The notes beneath the pieces are model-generated. The model saw only the letters and a list, made by a program, of their open reading frames with translations, had not been told where the DNA came from and did not search any database. This document shows, piece after piece, positions 21,975-30,947 of a DNA stretch of 64,000 bases. The stretch covers positions 1-64,000 of the forward strand of contig CBDDCA010000005.1 in assembly GCA_965226055.1 (NCBI GenBank), written 5' to 3'. The stretch is from Spirochaetia bacterium (GTDB lineage: Bacteria > Spirochaetota > Spirochaetia > WTKD01 > G963693115). The first letter of the stretch is position 1. Each line of letters starts with the position of its first letter. The translations under genes were made by a program, and so were the position numbers.

Positions 21975-22013
21975 TATATATATTATATATATTATATATA
22001 TTATAGAATTATA
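21975..22013 (-). repeat. 9-bp tandem repeat giving stacked TATAAT hexamers upstream of ftsH
   Basis: (TATATATAT)x3.4 at 21975-22005; minus-strand TATAAT at 22013-22008, 22005-22000, 21996-21991, 21987-21982. Confidence 0.75.
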
Positions 22014-23827
22014 TGTAATGAATGATATGAAACAATTACCTTACAACTCTTAAGAGGCGGTGAATATTCATAACAATCATCGTTTTGTTTGGTACATACT
22101 AAAGATATTCTGTCCTTTTTAGAGAGAACACTATCACTTATAAGTGTTCTTTTAAGAAAGTATTCTGCTGGAACCATTATAATATCATTATCTTCCTTAA
22201 TTGCAATTATATGTGCCCACACAATGTCTTTCAATACATCTTTAATTGTGAGCGTGTTATTATTTATTACTATTGTATCATATTTATTAAGTTGTGTCAG
22301 TATAAGTACACTTTTATAATATACTGTATATTCAATTCCATGAGCCATATCCCACTTATGTTGAGCATGTGTTCCTTCTGTATCCCCTAAAGAAACAATA
22401 TTCCACATCCCTTCATTAAATACTACTTGTATACTTTCTTCCACAGGATAATGAGATAGGTGCTGTGTTTCACTAATAGTTCTCTTAGGAAATGGAGAAC
22501 AGTTTTTTTGCCATTGTATATAACGAGCATTCATTGTTAATAGTGTATTCTTCATAAAAAATTGTGGTATTTTATCATGTTTTGTTGAGGTAAATACTAC
22601 TATACATTGCTGTAATGTACGTTTTGAAATTCGTCTTATCCCAAGATAGTTAGCAGCAAGTAACAAGATATGCATTTTTTGAGTATAGCTACATCGAAGA
22701 AAGAATGTTTTATATAATTGCAAGACTACAGAATTATTTTCAGGAGTTGTCATGGACATTGTTGTACGCAGACCTACTGTATTCGTAGTAAGTATATGCT
22801 CTTTTGAAATAAACCAAGGATATGGGGTTCGTTCTATTTCAAGCATTGAAGAGTCTTCTGTCCTTAATATCCCATTGTTCACTATTGATGAGCAAATAGC
22901 AGTGGTATTATAGTACTCTCTATGCCCTGTATCCTGTAATATCTGTTGTATATCTTGCATCATAACTGGAGCTACAGTATCAAAGCGAGGCATTATCTTG
23001 CGTATTACAGGAACAAGCAGATGCCTTACTTTGTTTCTAAGAATGCTGTTATCTGCATTACTTTTATCGTAATGATATATTGCAGTATTCTTTTCTTTTA
23101 ATGCTTCTATTTTTGCACACACAACCGCACTAAGCTGATGTTTACTAAATGAAAGCAAGGGGCGTACAAGCAATATATTATCATACTGTTGTTGTTTCTC
23201 TTGCTTTCGGATGACATTGTCTCTATCACTTTTTTCTGCAAACCTATCCTTTCTCAGTATACTTATAGCAGGTATTCCTCTCATACCATATATCCCTTCT
23301 GCTTTCAGAAAACGCATAAGTAAGGTTTCTATAGTATCATCTTTATGATGAGCTGTAGCAATAACTGGAATGGCATGGGTTCTTGCCATGCTTTGTAAAC
23401 AAGCATAGCGAAAATTTCTTGCATCAGCTTCATTATATACTGTTTGTTCTGGGTTCTCTGATTGAGCAGATGCTATATCTACAATAGCTTTGTCTTTTTT
23501 TCTATCAATACTAGTTTCTCTCAACAGAGGAATATGTAACAAAGAGCAGATCGTGTTTACCACTTCTATTTCATGATGTTGTTCTTCTTTTTCTTGCATA
23601 TTATGTACTATATGTCCTGCCATAACGGTACACAGAGCATGATCTACTTCTAATTGTTTAAGAAGCAACAGCAAGGCAACACTATCCTGTCCTCCTGACA
23701 AAGCTACCAACACAGGATACGGCTGAGAAAGGGCATATGTATTTCTTAATGAATAAAAAAATTGCTGTATATTTTTTTGAATAACTTCACTCATAGGTGC
23801 ATGCAGCCACAGGCATATATATACCAT
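22001..23827 (-). CDS. tilS: tRNA(Ile)-lysidine synthetase
   Basis: PP-loop LSGGQDS, ARNFRY, TAHHKDD.IET, VRPLL, DKSN, RNKVRH; between pth and ftsH. Confidence 0.9.
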   Translation of the reverse strand: MVYICLWLHAPMSEVIQKNIQQFFYSLRNTYALSQPYPVLVALSGGQDSVALLLLLKQLEVDHALCTVMAGHIVHNMQEKEEQHHEIEVVNTICSLLHIPLLRETSIDRKKDKAIVDIASAQSENPEQTVYNEADARNFRYACLQSMARTHAIPVIATAHHKDDTIETLLMRFLKAEGIYGMRGIPAISILRKDRFAEKSDRDNVIRKQEKQQQYDNILLVRPLLSFSKHQLSAVVCAKIEALKEKNTAIYHYDKSNADNSILRNKVRHLLVPVIRKIMPRFDTVAPVMMQDIQQILQDTGHREYYNTTAICSSIVNNGILRTEDSSMLEIERTPYPWFISKEHILTTNTVGLRTTMSMTTPENNSVVLQLYKTFFLRCSYTQKMHILLLAANYLGIRRISKRTLQQCIVVFTSTKHDKIPQFFMKNTLLTMNARYIQWQKNCSPFPKRTISETQHLSHYPVEESIQVVFNEGMWNIVSLGDTEGTHAQHKWDMAHGIEYTVYYKSVLILTQLNKYDTIVINNNTLTIKDVLKDIVWAHIIAIKEDNDIIMVPAEYFLKRTLISDSVLSKKDRISLVCTKQNDDCYEYSPPLKSCKVIVSYHSLHIIL

Positions 23828-23835
23828 TACTCTAT

Positions 23836-24450
23836 CTAATAATTATTAAGCTCTCTTTGTACCTGTAATATATCAGTATACGGAATGCTTACGAGATGTT
23901 TTGCTGCTATAGCAAATGCAGTTTCATATTCTTTATTTTCAGAAGAATGCCATTTTCCTAACACATACGATGAGAGAGATTGTTGTGGTCGATTACATCC
24001 TATCCCAACATACAGGCGCGGAAAATTCCCTGACTTTACATGTGAGAGTATTGAACGAATACCATTATGAGTACTGCCCTTTGTTTTCTTCACACGAAAA
24101 CGTAATTGTGCTACCCCCATATCCACATTATCAGTAATAACAATACATTGATCAATAGGAATAACAAAACGTTCTATTATGTTTTGCACTACCACTCCAG
24201 AATTATTCATATACCGTAACGGTTTTGCAACAATAATTCTATAGGGAGCATTATTGTGCTGTCCATTATAGATAGCAACATCAGCATCAAGATACTTATC
24301 TTTGCATACATCTAAAGAGAGATAAGAACATATAGCATCTATGACACAAAAGCCTACATTATGCCGTGTCTTTTCATATTCTTTTCCAGGGTTTCCTAAG
24401 CCTACAATAGCCCAAGATATATCTTTATTTGCTTCTACAGATTTTGACAT
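23836..24450 (-). CDS. pth: Peptidyl-tRNA hydrolase
   Basis: IVGLGNPGKEYEKTRHNVGF, YMNNSG, HNGIRSI, RLYVGIG; start ATG 24450 preferred. Confidence 0.95.
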   Translation of the reverse strand: MSKSVEANKDISWAIVGLGNPGKEYEKTRHNVGFCVIDAICSYLSLDVCKDKYLDADVAIYNGQHNNAPYRIIVAKPLRYMNNSGVVVQNIIERFVIPIDQCIVITDNVDMGVAQLRFRVKKTKGSTHNGIRSILSHVKSGNFPRLYVGIGCNRPQQSLSSYVLGKWHSSENKEYETAFAIAAKHLVSIPYTDILQVQRELNNY

Positions 24451-24509
24451 AGCGACATAGCAATAACAGTGTAATGTCATCATCCATTACAGCTACACAT
24501 TCAATAAAG

Positions 24510-25118
24510 CTAAGCGTCTGAGTTTGCAGTATCTCCATCTGCTTGCTCTTCTGCTAGTGCAGCTTCTTTTTTACTTACCCCCATATGAACAATTACTTGC
24601 TCAGGAGCATTAAGATACTTCACTCCCTCAATCTGAGGCAGATCACTCACATGTAATGATTCTCCTACTGCTAATGAACTAATCTCTAAAAAAATTATCT
24701 CGGGTAAATTTTTAGGAAGAGATTCTACTTCTACTTCATGCAAGAAAGTTTCAAGCACTCCACCGAACTTTAAGCCTTCAGAGTATCCTTTAAGTTCTAT
24801 TGGAACAAGCGTTTTAAGCATTTTTCCTCTCTGTATTTCATAAAAATCTAAATGAATAATCTCGTCTCGGATAGTATCATGCTGATAATCTTTAATGAGA
24901 ACATCTTTACTTTCTTCGCCTGCAATGGTAAGCTGAATAATAGCACTTTCTGTTATCTTAGCAAATGATTTACGAAATTCACGTGCATTTACCGTTACCG
25001 CAAGAGAATCTGCACCAGATCCATATATTATTGCAGGAATTCCCCCTTCTTTTCTAATTTTTTTTAAGGCACTTTTTGAACTCATTACCCTTTTCTCAGT
25101 TTGAAGTACATGTTCCAT
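24510..25118 (-). CDS. rplY: 50S ribosomal protein L25/Ctc
   Basis: GGIPAIIYG, IIHLDFY, GLKFGG, LPEII..IS.L.VGESLHVSDL; GAAGGAG RBS before ATG 25118. Confidence 0.93.
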   Translation of the reverse strand: MEHVLQTEKRVMSSKSALKKIRKEGGIPAIIYGSGADSLAVTVNAREFRKSFAKITESAIIQLTIAGEESKDVLIKDYQHDTIRDEIIHLDFYEIQRGKMLKTLVPIELKGYSEGLKFGGVLETFLHEVEVESLPKNLPEIIFLEISSLAVGESLHVSDLPQIEGVKYLNAPEQVIVHMGVSKKEAALAEEQADGDTANSDA

Positions 25119-25180
25119 AAATTCTTTCTCCTTCATACATATATATCATATGTAATATAATCAATAGTAACATAGTGATA

Positions 25181-25211
25181 ATCACTCATGTAATATTACA
25201 TTAAGAGTGAT
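25181..25211. terminator. Hairpin downstream of tRNA-Gln
   Basis: ATCACTC-ATGTAATATTACAT-TAA-GAGTGAT; outer arms pair and the inner 14 bp is a perfect palindrome. Confidence 0.5.
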
Positions 25212-25221
25212 CTTCTTAAAA

Positions 25222-25295
25222 CTGGGATGGCAGGATTCGAACCTGCGAATACCAGGACCAAAACCTGGCGACTTAGACCACTTGTCAACATCCCA
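25222..25295 (-). tRNA. tRNA-Gln (TTG)
   Basis: Acceptor TGGGATG/CATCCCA, D stem GAC/GTC, anticodon arm CCAGG-TTTTGGT-CCTGG, T arm GCAGG-TTCGAAT-CCTGC; CCA not encoded. Confidence 0.96.
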
Positions 25296-25320
25296 TTATT
25301 AAATATACGCTTTACATTTT

Positions 25321-25349
25321 ATAATAATATGTTCTTAAAGCAAAGTCAA
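25321..25349 (-). promoter_or_regulatory. Sigma70-type promoter for tRNA-Gln
   Basis: TTGACT (25349-25344), 17-bp spacer, TATTAT (25326-25321), just upstream of the tRNA. Confidence 0.65.
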
Positions 25350-25372
25350 GAGGTATGTGTAAAATTTACAAA

Positions 25373-25522
25373 TCAAAGACTAATTGCAATAAAGCAGAAG
25401 AATGCTTGTATCTGATTTATATCAAATTCCCTCTTATCTTTTTCTACTCCACAGCTATTACAAATTTTTCTATATTCTGGCTCTTTTTCTATTCCTGTTT
25501 TATACCCATCTTTTAATGCCAT
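25373..25522 (-). pseudogene. Truncated zinc-finger endonuclease remnant (resembles Hpy99I-family REase)
   Basis: 49-aa ORF overlapping the MTase stop: MALKDGYKTGIEKEPEYRKICNSCGVEKDKREFDINQ then an unrelated-looking tail. Confidence 0.55.
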
Positions 25523-26373
25523 ATTCTTTCCTTTGCAATAAAAATATATTCTTCATTTATTTCGCTTCCTATAAAAAATCTATTTTCATGTAAACTCATT
25601 TTCGCAGTAGTACCACTTCCTAAAAAAGGATCATATACTATATCTCCTTCATTACTCCAGCTTATAATATGATCTCTTGCAAGCGATTCTGGAAATATAG
25701 CAGGATGCTTAAATGCAATACTGTCCTTTGTGCTATGTCCTTTACCAACATTGTATTCCCACACATTTATCCTTCTGCCAAATTTTTTATACCCTCCCCT
25801 TTTTAAGTTTTTTAATGTTCCATTATGCAATCTTTTAGTTCCATTATCCCCATTTCTCGAATCTTTGTTTTCTCTATCTTTTATCAGATTTATTGTTTTT
25901 GGTTTTCCTTTAGAAAAAACAAACATATACTCAAAAGATTGCCAATAGGTCTGATTATTACCACAAGCCCCTCTCGGTTTTTTTAAATATATCATAGTAT
26001 CAAATAAATTAAATCCTATTTCCTTAAAATAGAGTGCTTGCATAAAAGAAGTACCTGATTCGTTAAATTTACTTGATTGATCACCAACTACCCAAACAAT
26101 AATTCCTCCTTCTTTTAGAATACGGTATAACTCTTTTGCTATATTATGAAAGTCTATACTACTATTACCTTTATAGCTTCTCATGTTATCATAGGGTGGA
26201 CTCGTTACAATTAAATCTATAAAATTAGATTGCATTCTTCTCATTGTATCAATACAATTTTCATTGTATATAGTGTTCAGAGCAATAGTAGATTTTTTTT
26301 CTATTTCTTTTGAGATGCTTTTTTTCATTTTTATTGTTTCATTTTCTTGTATTGCTATCATGTCAATCTCCAC
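25513..26373 (-). CDS. Site-specific DNA methyltransferase (likely N4-cytosine, beta class)
   Basis: IVTSPPY motif IV, HPAIFP, VYDPFLGSGTT motif I. Confidence 0.92.
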   Translation of the reverse strand: MEIDMIAIQENETIKMKKSISKEIEKKSTIALNTIYNENCIDTMRRMQSNFIDLIVTSPPYDNMRSYKGNSSIDFHNIAKELYRILKEGGIIVWVVGDQSSKFNESGTSFMQALYFKEIGFNLFDTMIYLKKPRGACGNNQTYWQSFEYMFVFSKGKPKTINLIKDRENKDSRNGDNGTKRLHNGTLKNLKRGGYKKFGRRINVWEYNVGKGHSTKDSIAFKHPAIFPESLARDHIISWSNEGDIVYDPFLGSGTTAKMSLHENRFFIGSEINEEYIFIAKERIWH

Positions 26374-26421
26374 TATAAATATACTAATTATTATACACTA
26401 TGTTTAGTATATACACACATA

Positions 26422-28518
26422 TCACCATATGTTAAATAGCATAGTATAATATAACGAAGAAAAAATAAGATTTTTTTGTCTTTGCTGAAATTGTCCCTTA
26501 GTATTCCCTGTATCTTCAAAATCTAATGATCGTGGTGGAATGACAACAATATCGTTAGTATCAAAATTTTGTAAAAGATTAAATGCATCTACTTTTTGTG
26601 TTGTGCCGTCAGTATTTGTAATACTCCCTATGCTAAAAGTAGGATATACTTCACTAAGTGCAGCAAAGCCAATAAAAGACTCTGAGGTAATACTAACATA
26701 AGGATCATCTTTCTTTAGCTTAAAATAGGAACGATTATATATTGGTAAAAGAGCATCTTTCATTACCCCTATATTTTCTCCTGCAGAGAGAAAAAAGGTA
26801 TCTTTGTCAATAAAAGAAAATTTTGAGAGTACAGGAAGAGAGTTTGCTATTTTGTTACTGAGTAATTGCATAGCATCAATAATTCTATCGTTGCCATATC
26901 CATTTGCACTAAATGTAAAAATACTGTCTAAGGTACGTTTTTCAAACAATGTTGCTTCAACACGAAACTGTGTAAGATTATCAAAATAGTCAAATACAAG
27001 TTCATATTCTTCTTTCTGTAACTGGTTTTTACTTTGTGCATACATCACATTTTCTACATTGACTACTTCATATTGAGAAAGTGTATACACAATAAGATCG
27101 CGCAAAAACTTTGATTTCCCTAAAGCGTTAGTTGATGCATTTTTTATTTCTATATTCCATGGATATATAGTAAATCCCTGGGAATTAGTAATTTGCAAAT
27201 CTTGTAAACTTTCTCTCAGAGCTTCTGTATTACTTTCCAAAAGATAATTAAGCTCTTTGTTCACTAGAGTGGATGCAGTGCTTGTACTGTTTTCTCTATT
27301 CTTAAGAAGAGAAAATAAAACATTTGCTTTGTCAATATATCCTTCCGATTGATATATATTGGCTAATAAAAAAAGAGGTCTTTCTGCAAGAGGATGTATC
27401 AATAAAGCTCGTCTACTGGCTATTTTTGCTTGCATAATATTGCCTTGTAAAATAGCATTCTCAGCAATATCAGAAAGATGTGTCACTCTCAAATCACGAA
27501 TAGCAGCAAGCGCTTCTCTTCCATCACGTAATGCAATATCGTACATAAACAATAAGAAATCGTCATTTTTTTGAATTTCATATCCTTGCTTAAATGCAAT
27601 TGAAGCATCAAGATAAGCCCCATCAAGATAATGAGTATAGCCTAAATAAAACCATGCATCTTCTTCTAAAGGATACCTTTGAGTATACTGTTGCGCAATA
27701 CTAATAGCTATATCAATATCACTGACAATAGACAAAGATAATGATTTTTGAAATGCTGATTTTTCCAGTAAAGGATACCCTGATTGTAACAAAGTGTTCA
27801 ATAACCGTGTCAGTCGTTGTGATGTATCAAATAAATAATAGTATTCACTTAATATCCATACAACATATATGTCATCTTTGTTATTACTAAACAACGCTTC
27901 GGCTGACTGTGCTCCTGCAGCAGTATTTTTTTGCTTTGCAAGAACATCAATAATAGTATGAATATTGAGTATCTTTGCTTGTTCAGGGTACACCTGTCGA
28001 AATAATAGCAGATAACGATTTATTTGACGAAAATTACCTATCGCACTATAGTATAAAATTTGTGTAAGAATAAGCCCTTTATCATATTGATTTATTTTTT
28101 CAAGCGCAATAAGCTCAGTTCCCACAGCAGCAAGATTATTATTTTCCTGTATATCAATATTGGCAATAAGCACGCGTGATGAAAAATCATTTACTCGCAG
28201 TAATAATACTTCGTTTGCAAACTGTCTTGCTTTTTCATTTTCTCTTAAAAGAAAATATATCCTCGATAAGCCCTGCACAACTTCAAAAAAATATCGGTTA
28301 CTACTATATGCCTGATGAAGTAACTTTAGAGCTTCTTCAAGATGAGCCTTACTGTGAGTAGCAAGCCCTTGATTGTATATAGGCAGTGCTTTTAGGTACA
28401 CTTGTACTGATATGTCTTTATTCTGATGCTGTGCTTGATATACTGCATCACTAGCAAAAAGAGACGAGGTGGATGCTACTATAATAAAAAAAGCAACAAT
28501 ACATACATACACTTTCAT
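26422..28518 (-). CDS. Exported tetratricopeptide-repeat protein
   Basis: Signal peptide (SSLFA); TPR-like helices (AWFYLGYTHYLDGAYLDASIAF; LFLLANIYQSEG); follows tlyC as in other spirochetes. Confidence 0.75.
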   Translation of the reverse strand: MKVYVCIVAFFIIVASTSSLFASDAVYQAQHQNKDISVQVYLKALPIYNQGLATHSKAHLEEALKLLHQAYSSNRYFFEVVQGLSRIYFLLRENEKARQFANEVLLLRVNDFSSRVLIANIDIQENNNLAAVGTELIALEKINQYDKGLILTQILYYSAIGNFRQINRYLLLFRQVYPEQAKILNIHTIIDVLAKQKNTAAGAQSAEALFSNNKDDIYVVWILSEYYYLFDTSQRLTRLLNTLLQSGYPLLEKSAFQKSLSLSIVSDIDIAISIAQQYTQRYPLEEDAWFYLGYTHYLDGAYLDASIAFKQGYEIQKNDDFLLFMYDIALRDGREALAAIRDLRVTHLSDIAENAILQGNIMQAKIASRRALLIHPLAERPLFLLANIYQSEGYIDKANVLFSLLKNRENSTSTASTLVNKELNYLLESNTEALRESLQDLQITNSQGFTIYPWNIEIKNASTNALGKSKFLRDLIVYTLSQYEVVNVENVMYAQSKNQLQKEEYELVFDYFDNLTQFRVEATLFEKRTLDSIFTFSANGYGNDRIIDAMQLLSNKIANSLPVLSKFSFIDKDTFFLSAGENIGVMKDALLPIYNRSYFKLKKDDPYVSITSESFIGFAALSEVYPTFSIGSITNTDGTTQKVDAFNLLQNFDTNDIVVIPPRSLDFEDTGNTKGQFQQRQKNLIFSSLYYTMLFNIW

Positions 28519-28538
28519 ATTCTCAATACTCCACTGCG

Positions 28539-29309
28539 TTATTCTTCACTCATAGTTGCTTTAATTGATTTTATTTTGTTTCCTATCATTCCTTGTACAA
28601 TAAACTGTATAGTTTTTCCTGTCTCATTATCCCTATACTCCACTTTTTCATAACATACAGGAATTTTTCCAAATAAACTATATACAAATCCCCCTACTGT
28701 ATCTATCTCATCATCAGGAATATGGAGTGAGAGAAAATCATTAAATTTTGAGATAGGTAACCTTCCATCAACAAGGTACACATTATTACTCATTGTTATA
28801 AACTCTTCATCATCATTATCAAACTCATCCTGTATCTCACCTACAATCTCTTCTATAATGTCTTCAAGGCTTACAAGCCCTGAAATGCCCCCATATTCAT
28901 CTACCACTAAAGCCATATGCATTCTTCGTTTTTTCATCTCACGAAGTAATATATCCAGCCTCATTGTTTCTGTAACAAAAAAAGCCTTCCTTATAATGTC
29001 ATTGAGCTTCACATTTTCTATATCCTGCGAAACTTTCAGGAGATCTTTGCCATAGACAAGCCCTACTATGTTATCAATAGTATTATGGTATACAGGAAAT
29101 CGAGAAAATGTGGAGTTCATAACAAGAGCCAATATATCTTCTATCTCTAATTCATCATCAATAGCTATCATATCAACCCTAGGGACCATAACATCTTTTA
29201 CTAATTGTGAATTAAGATTATGTATTCCCTTAATCATTCCTTCCACTTCTTGACTATGCTCTTTCTGTCCTTGTGGTATACCAAATAGCTTACTTAAAAA
29301 ATTACGCAT
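28539..29309 (-). CDS. CorC/HlyC-family CBS-domain protein (hemolysin C-like)
   Basis: VMVPRVDM, FSRFPVY, VVDEYGG..GLVSLEDIIEEIVGEIQDEFD, DTVGGFV. Confidence 0.92.
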   Translation of the reverse strand: MRNFLSKLFGIPQGQKEHSQEVEGMIKGIHNLNSQLVKDVMVPRVDMIAIDDELEIEDILALVMNSTFSRFPVYHNTIDNIVGLVYGKDLLKVSQDIENVKLNDIIRKAFFVTETMRLDILLREMKKRRMHMALVVDEYGGISGLVSLEDIIEEIVGEIQDEFDNDDEEFITMSNNVYLVDGRLPISKFNDFLSLHIPDDEIDTVGGFVYSLFGKIPVCYEKVEYRDNETGKTIQFIVQGMIGNKIKSIKATMSEE

Positions 29310-29743
29310 GTTTCCTTCTCTATTATTTTTTGTAAAAAAAGTTCTTGTTTTTGTAACATACTTTGTGATGTATCATATCCATTATGTGTATGCCCAAGCA
29401 AATGCATAAGCCCATGTATAACAAGCCGTAAAAGTTCTTCACGTACTGACACTTTGTATTCTTTTGCCTGCATAGCAATAATTTCTCTGCAAAGAAGAAT
29501 ATCGCCTAAATATTCTGGTTCATCACTCTTAAAACTTAATATGTCTGGATAATACTCTTGATTTCTATACTTTTTATTATAGTTTTGCAATACCTCTTTA
29601 GAAACAAATACTATTCCTACTCTGTCCTGCATATGCTTTTCTTGTGTTAAAACATATGTTACAGTTTTTTCTATAAGATATTTAGTATTCGAGTCTATTT
29701 CTTCATCATCTTCAAAGTATAAAGTTACTAAGGGTACTGTCAT
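29294..29743 (-). CDS. ybeY: rRNA maturation RNase YbeY
   Basis: NKKYR, DILSF, LGDI, HGLMHLLGHTH. Confidence 0.93.
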   Translation of the reverse strand: MTVPLVTLYFEDDEEIDSNTKYLIEKTVTYVLTQEKHMQDRVGIVFVSKEVLQNYNKKYRNQEYYPDILSFKSDEPEYLGDILLCREIIAMQAKEYKVSVREELLRLVIHGLMHLLGHTHNGYDTSQSMLQKQELFLQKIIEKETCVIF

Positions 29744-29810
29744 ACAGAGTTACTAAGATATATATGTATCATATCTCTATCAATACAATACATGGGTATA
29801 TATAATGCCA

Positions 29811-30947
29811 TTAAATACCTTTCCCATTTTTTATTGTACTTTTATTTTTCACATCATATTGATTATAGGCATTTATCACTATTTTTGCAATATGACTTCT
29901 TTGTATATCTTCCTGTTCTAATTTTACTATGTTTACCCCTTTCGTGTGTTGAAATACTTGTATGGCTTCTACAAGCCCATTCCTTCCTTGTATATCAGAT
30001 TGTGATATATCTCCTGTCACTATTGCTTTTGCTCCTTCACCAAGACGAGTAAGAAACATACGCATTTGCATAGGAGTACTATTTTGTGCTTCATCAAATA
30101 ATATAACACATTGCTTCAATGTCCGTCCTCGCATATATGCCAAAGGTGCTATTTCTAAATGCCCTTTTTCTTGCAACATCTCCACTGTACTCTCACTTGA
30201 TAAGGAATGCAACTCATCCAATACAGGACGCATATAGGGCAATATTTTCTGATATAAGTCCCCTGGAAGATATCCTAGTTTTTCTCCTACTTCAACCACT
30301 GGTCTTGTAACAATATAGCGCTGAATATGTTTCTCCATCAACTGCGAAAGAGCATAAGCAGTAGTAAGTAATGTTTTTCCTGTACCAGCAGGACCCACAA
30401 GAAACGTAAGATGAAACATATGAAACGATTCTATGGCAAGTGCTTGATTTTTTGTTCGTGGCACAATAGTTCTTTTTTTCTCATGAGATGATATTGAAGC
30501 GTTATGCACAATAGGAATATCAATAATAGGAAAATTATGAGCAAGCTGTGTATGAGCTTCTGTTTTATATACAACTTGATTATTGCTTGACTGTTTCTCT
30601 GTACGAGGCATCTTAGTCTCACTAAAGTATTGAGCTTGTATATTTACTTCTTTTCTATCACTAAACATAGCCTGAAAAAGAGATTGAATATACTCTTTGT
30701 CAATACGATATGCATCTTTTATGGCATTGATAAGCATTTGAACAAATCTTTTTGTATTGTCCACCTTATTTTGAGAATTTGAACGAATAGTGATCATATT
30801 GCCATGCACAAAAAGCTCTGATGAAAATAAATATTCTAACACACTTATATTCTCGTTGTTTGCTCCTGTTACATGCATAAGAATATCTTGAGTTTCAAAG
30901 ACCATAGTAGCTGAAAATTGTTTTTGTGTTTTTATGTGCTGATACAT
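29811..30947 (-). CDS. phoH: PhoH-like ATPase
   Basis: GPAGTGKT, TRPVVEVGEKLGYLPGD, APLAYMRGRT, DEAQN, TGDISQSD. Confidence 0.92.
   Translation of the reverse strand: MYQHIKTQKQFSATMVFETQDILMHVTGANNENISVLEYLFSSELFVHGNMITIRSNSQNKVDNTKRFVQMLINAIKDAYRIDKEYIQSLFQAMFSDRKEVNIQAQYFSETKMPRTEKQSSNNQVVYKTEAHTQLAHNFPIIDIPIVHNASISSHEKKRTIVPRTKNQALAIESFHMFHLTFLVGPAGTGKTLLTTAYALSQLMEKHIQRYIVTRPVVEVGEKLGYLPGDLYQKILPYMRPVLDELHSLSSESTVEMLQEKGHLEIAPLAYMRGRTLKQCVILFDEAQNSTPMQMRMFLTRLGEGAKAIVTGDISQSDIQGRNGLVEAIQVFQHTKGVNIVKLEQEDIQRSHIAKIVINAYNQYDVKNKSTIKNGKGI

Noticed and set aside
25227-25415. 62-aa ORF MAGFEPANTRTK
   Set aside because: It is the antisense reading of tRNA-Gln.
25222-26421. tRNA-anchored integrative element
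   Set aside because: No integrase and no duplicated tRNA 3' end; the MTase lies on the tRNA's 5' side.
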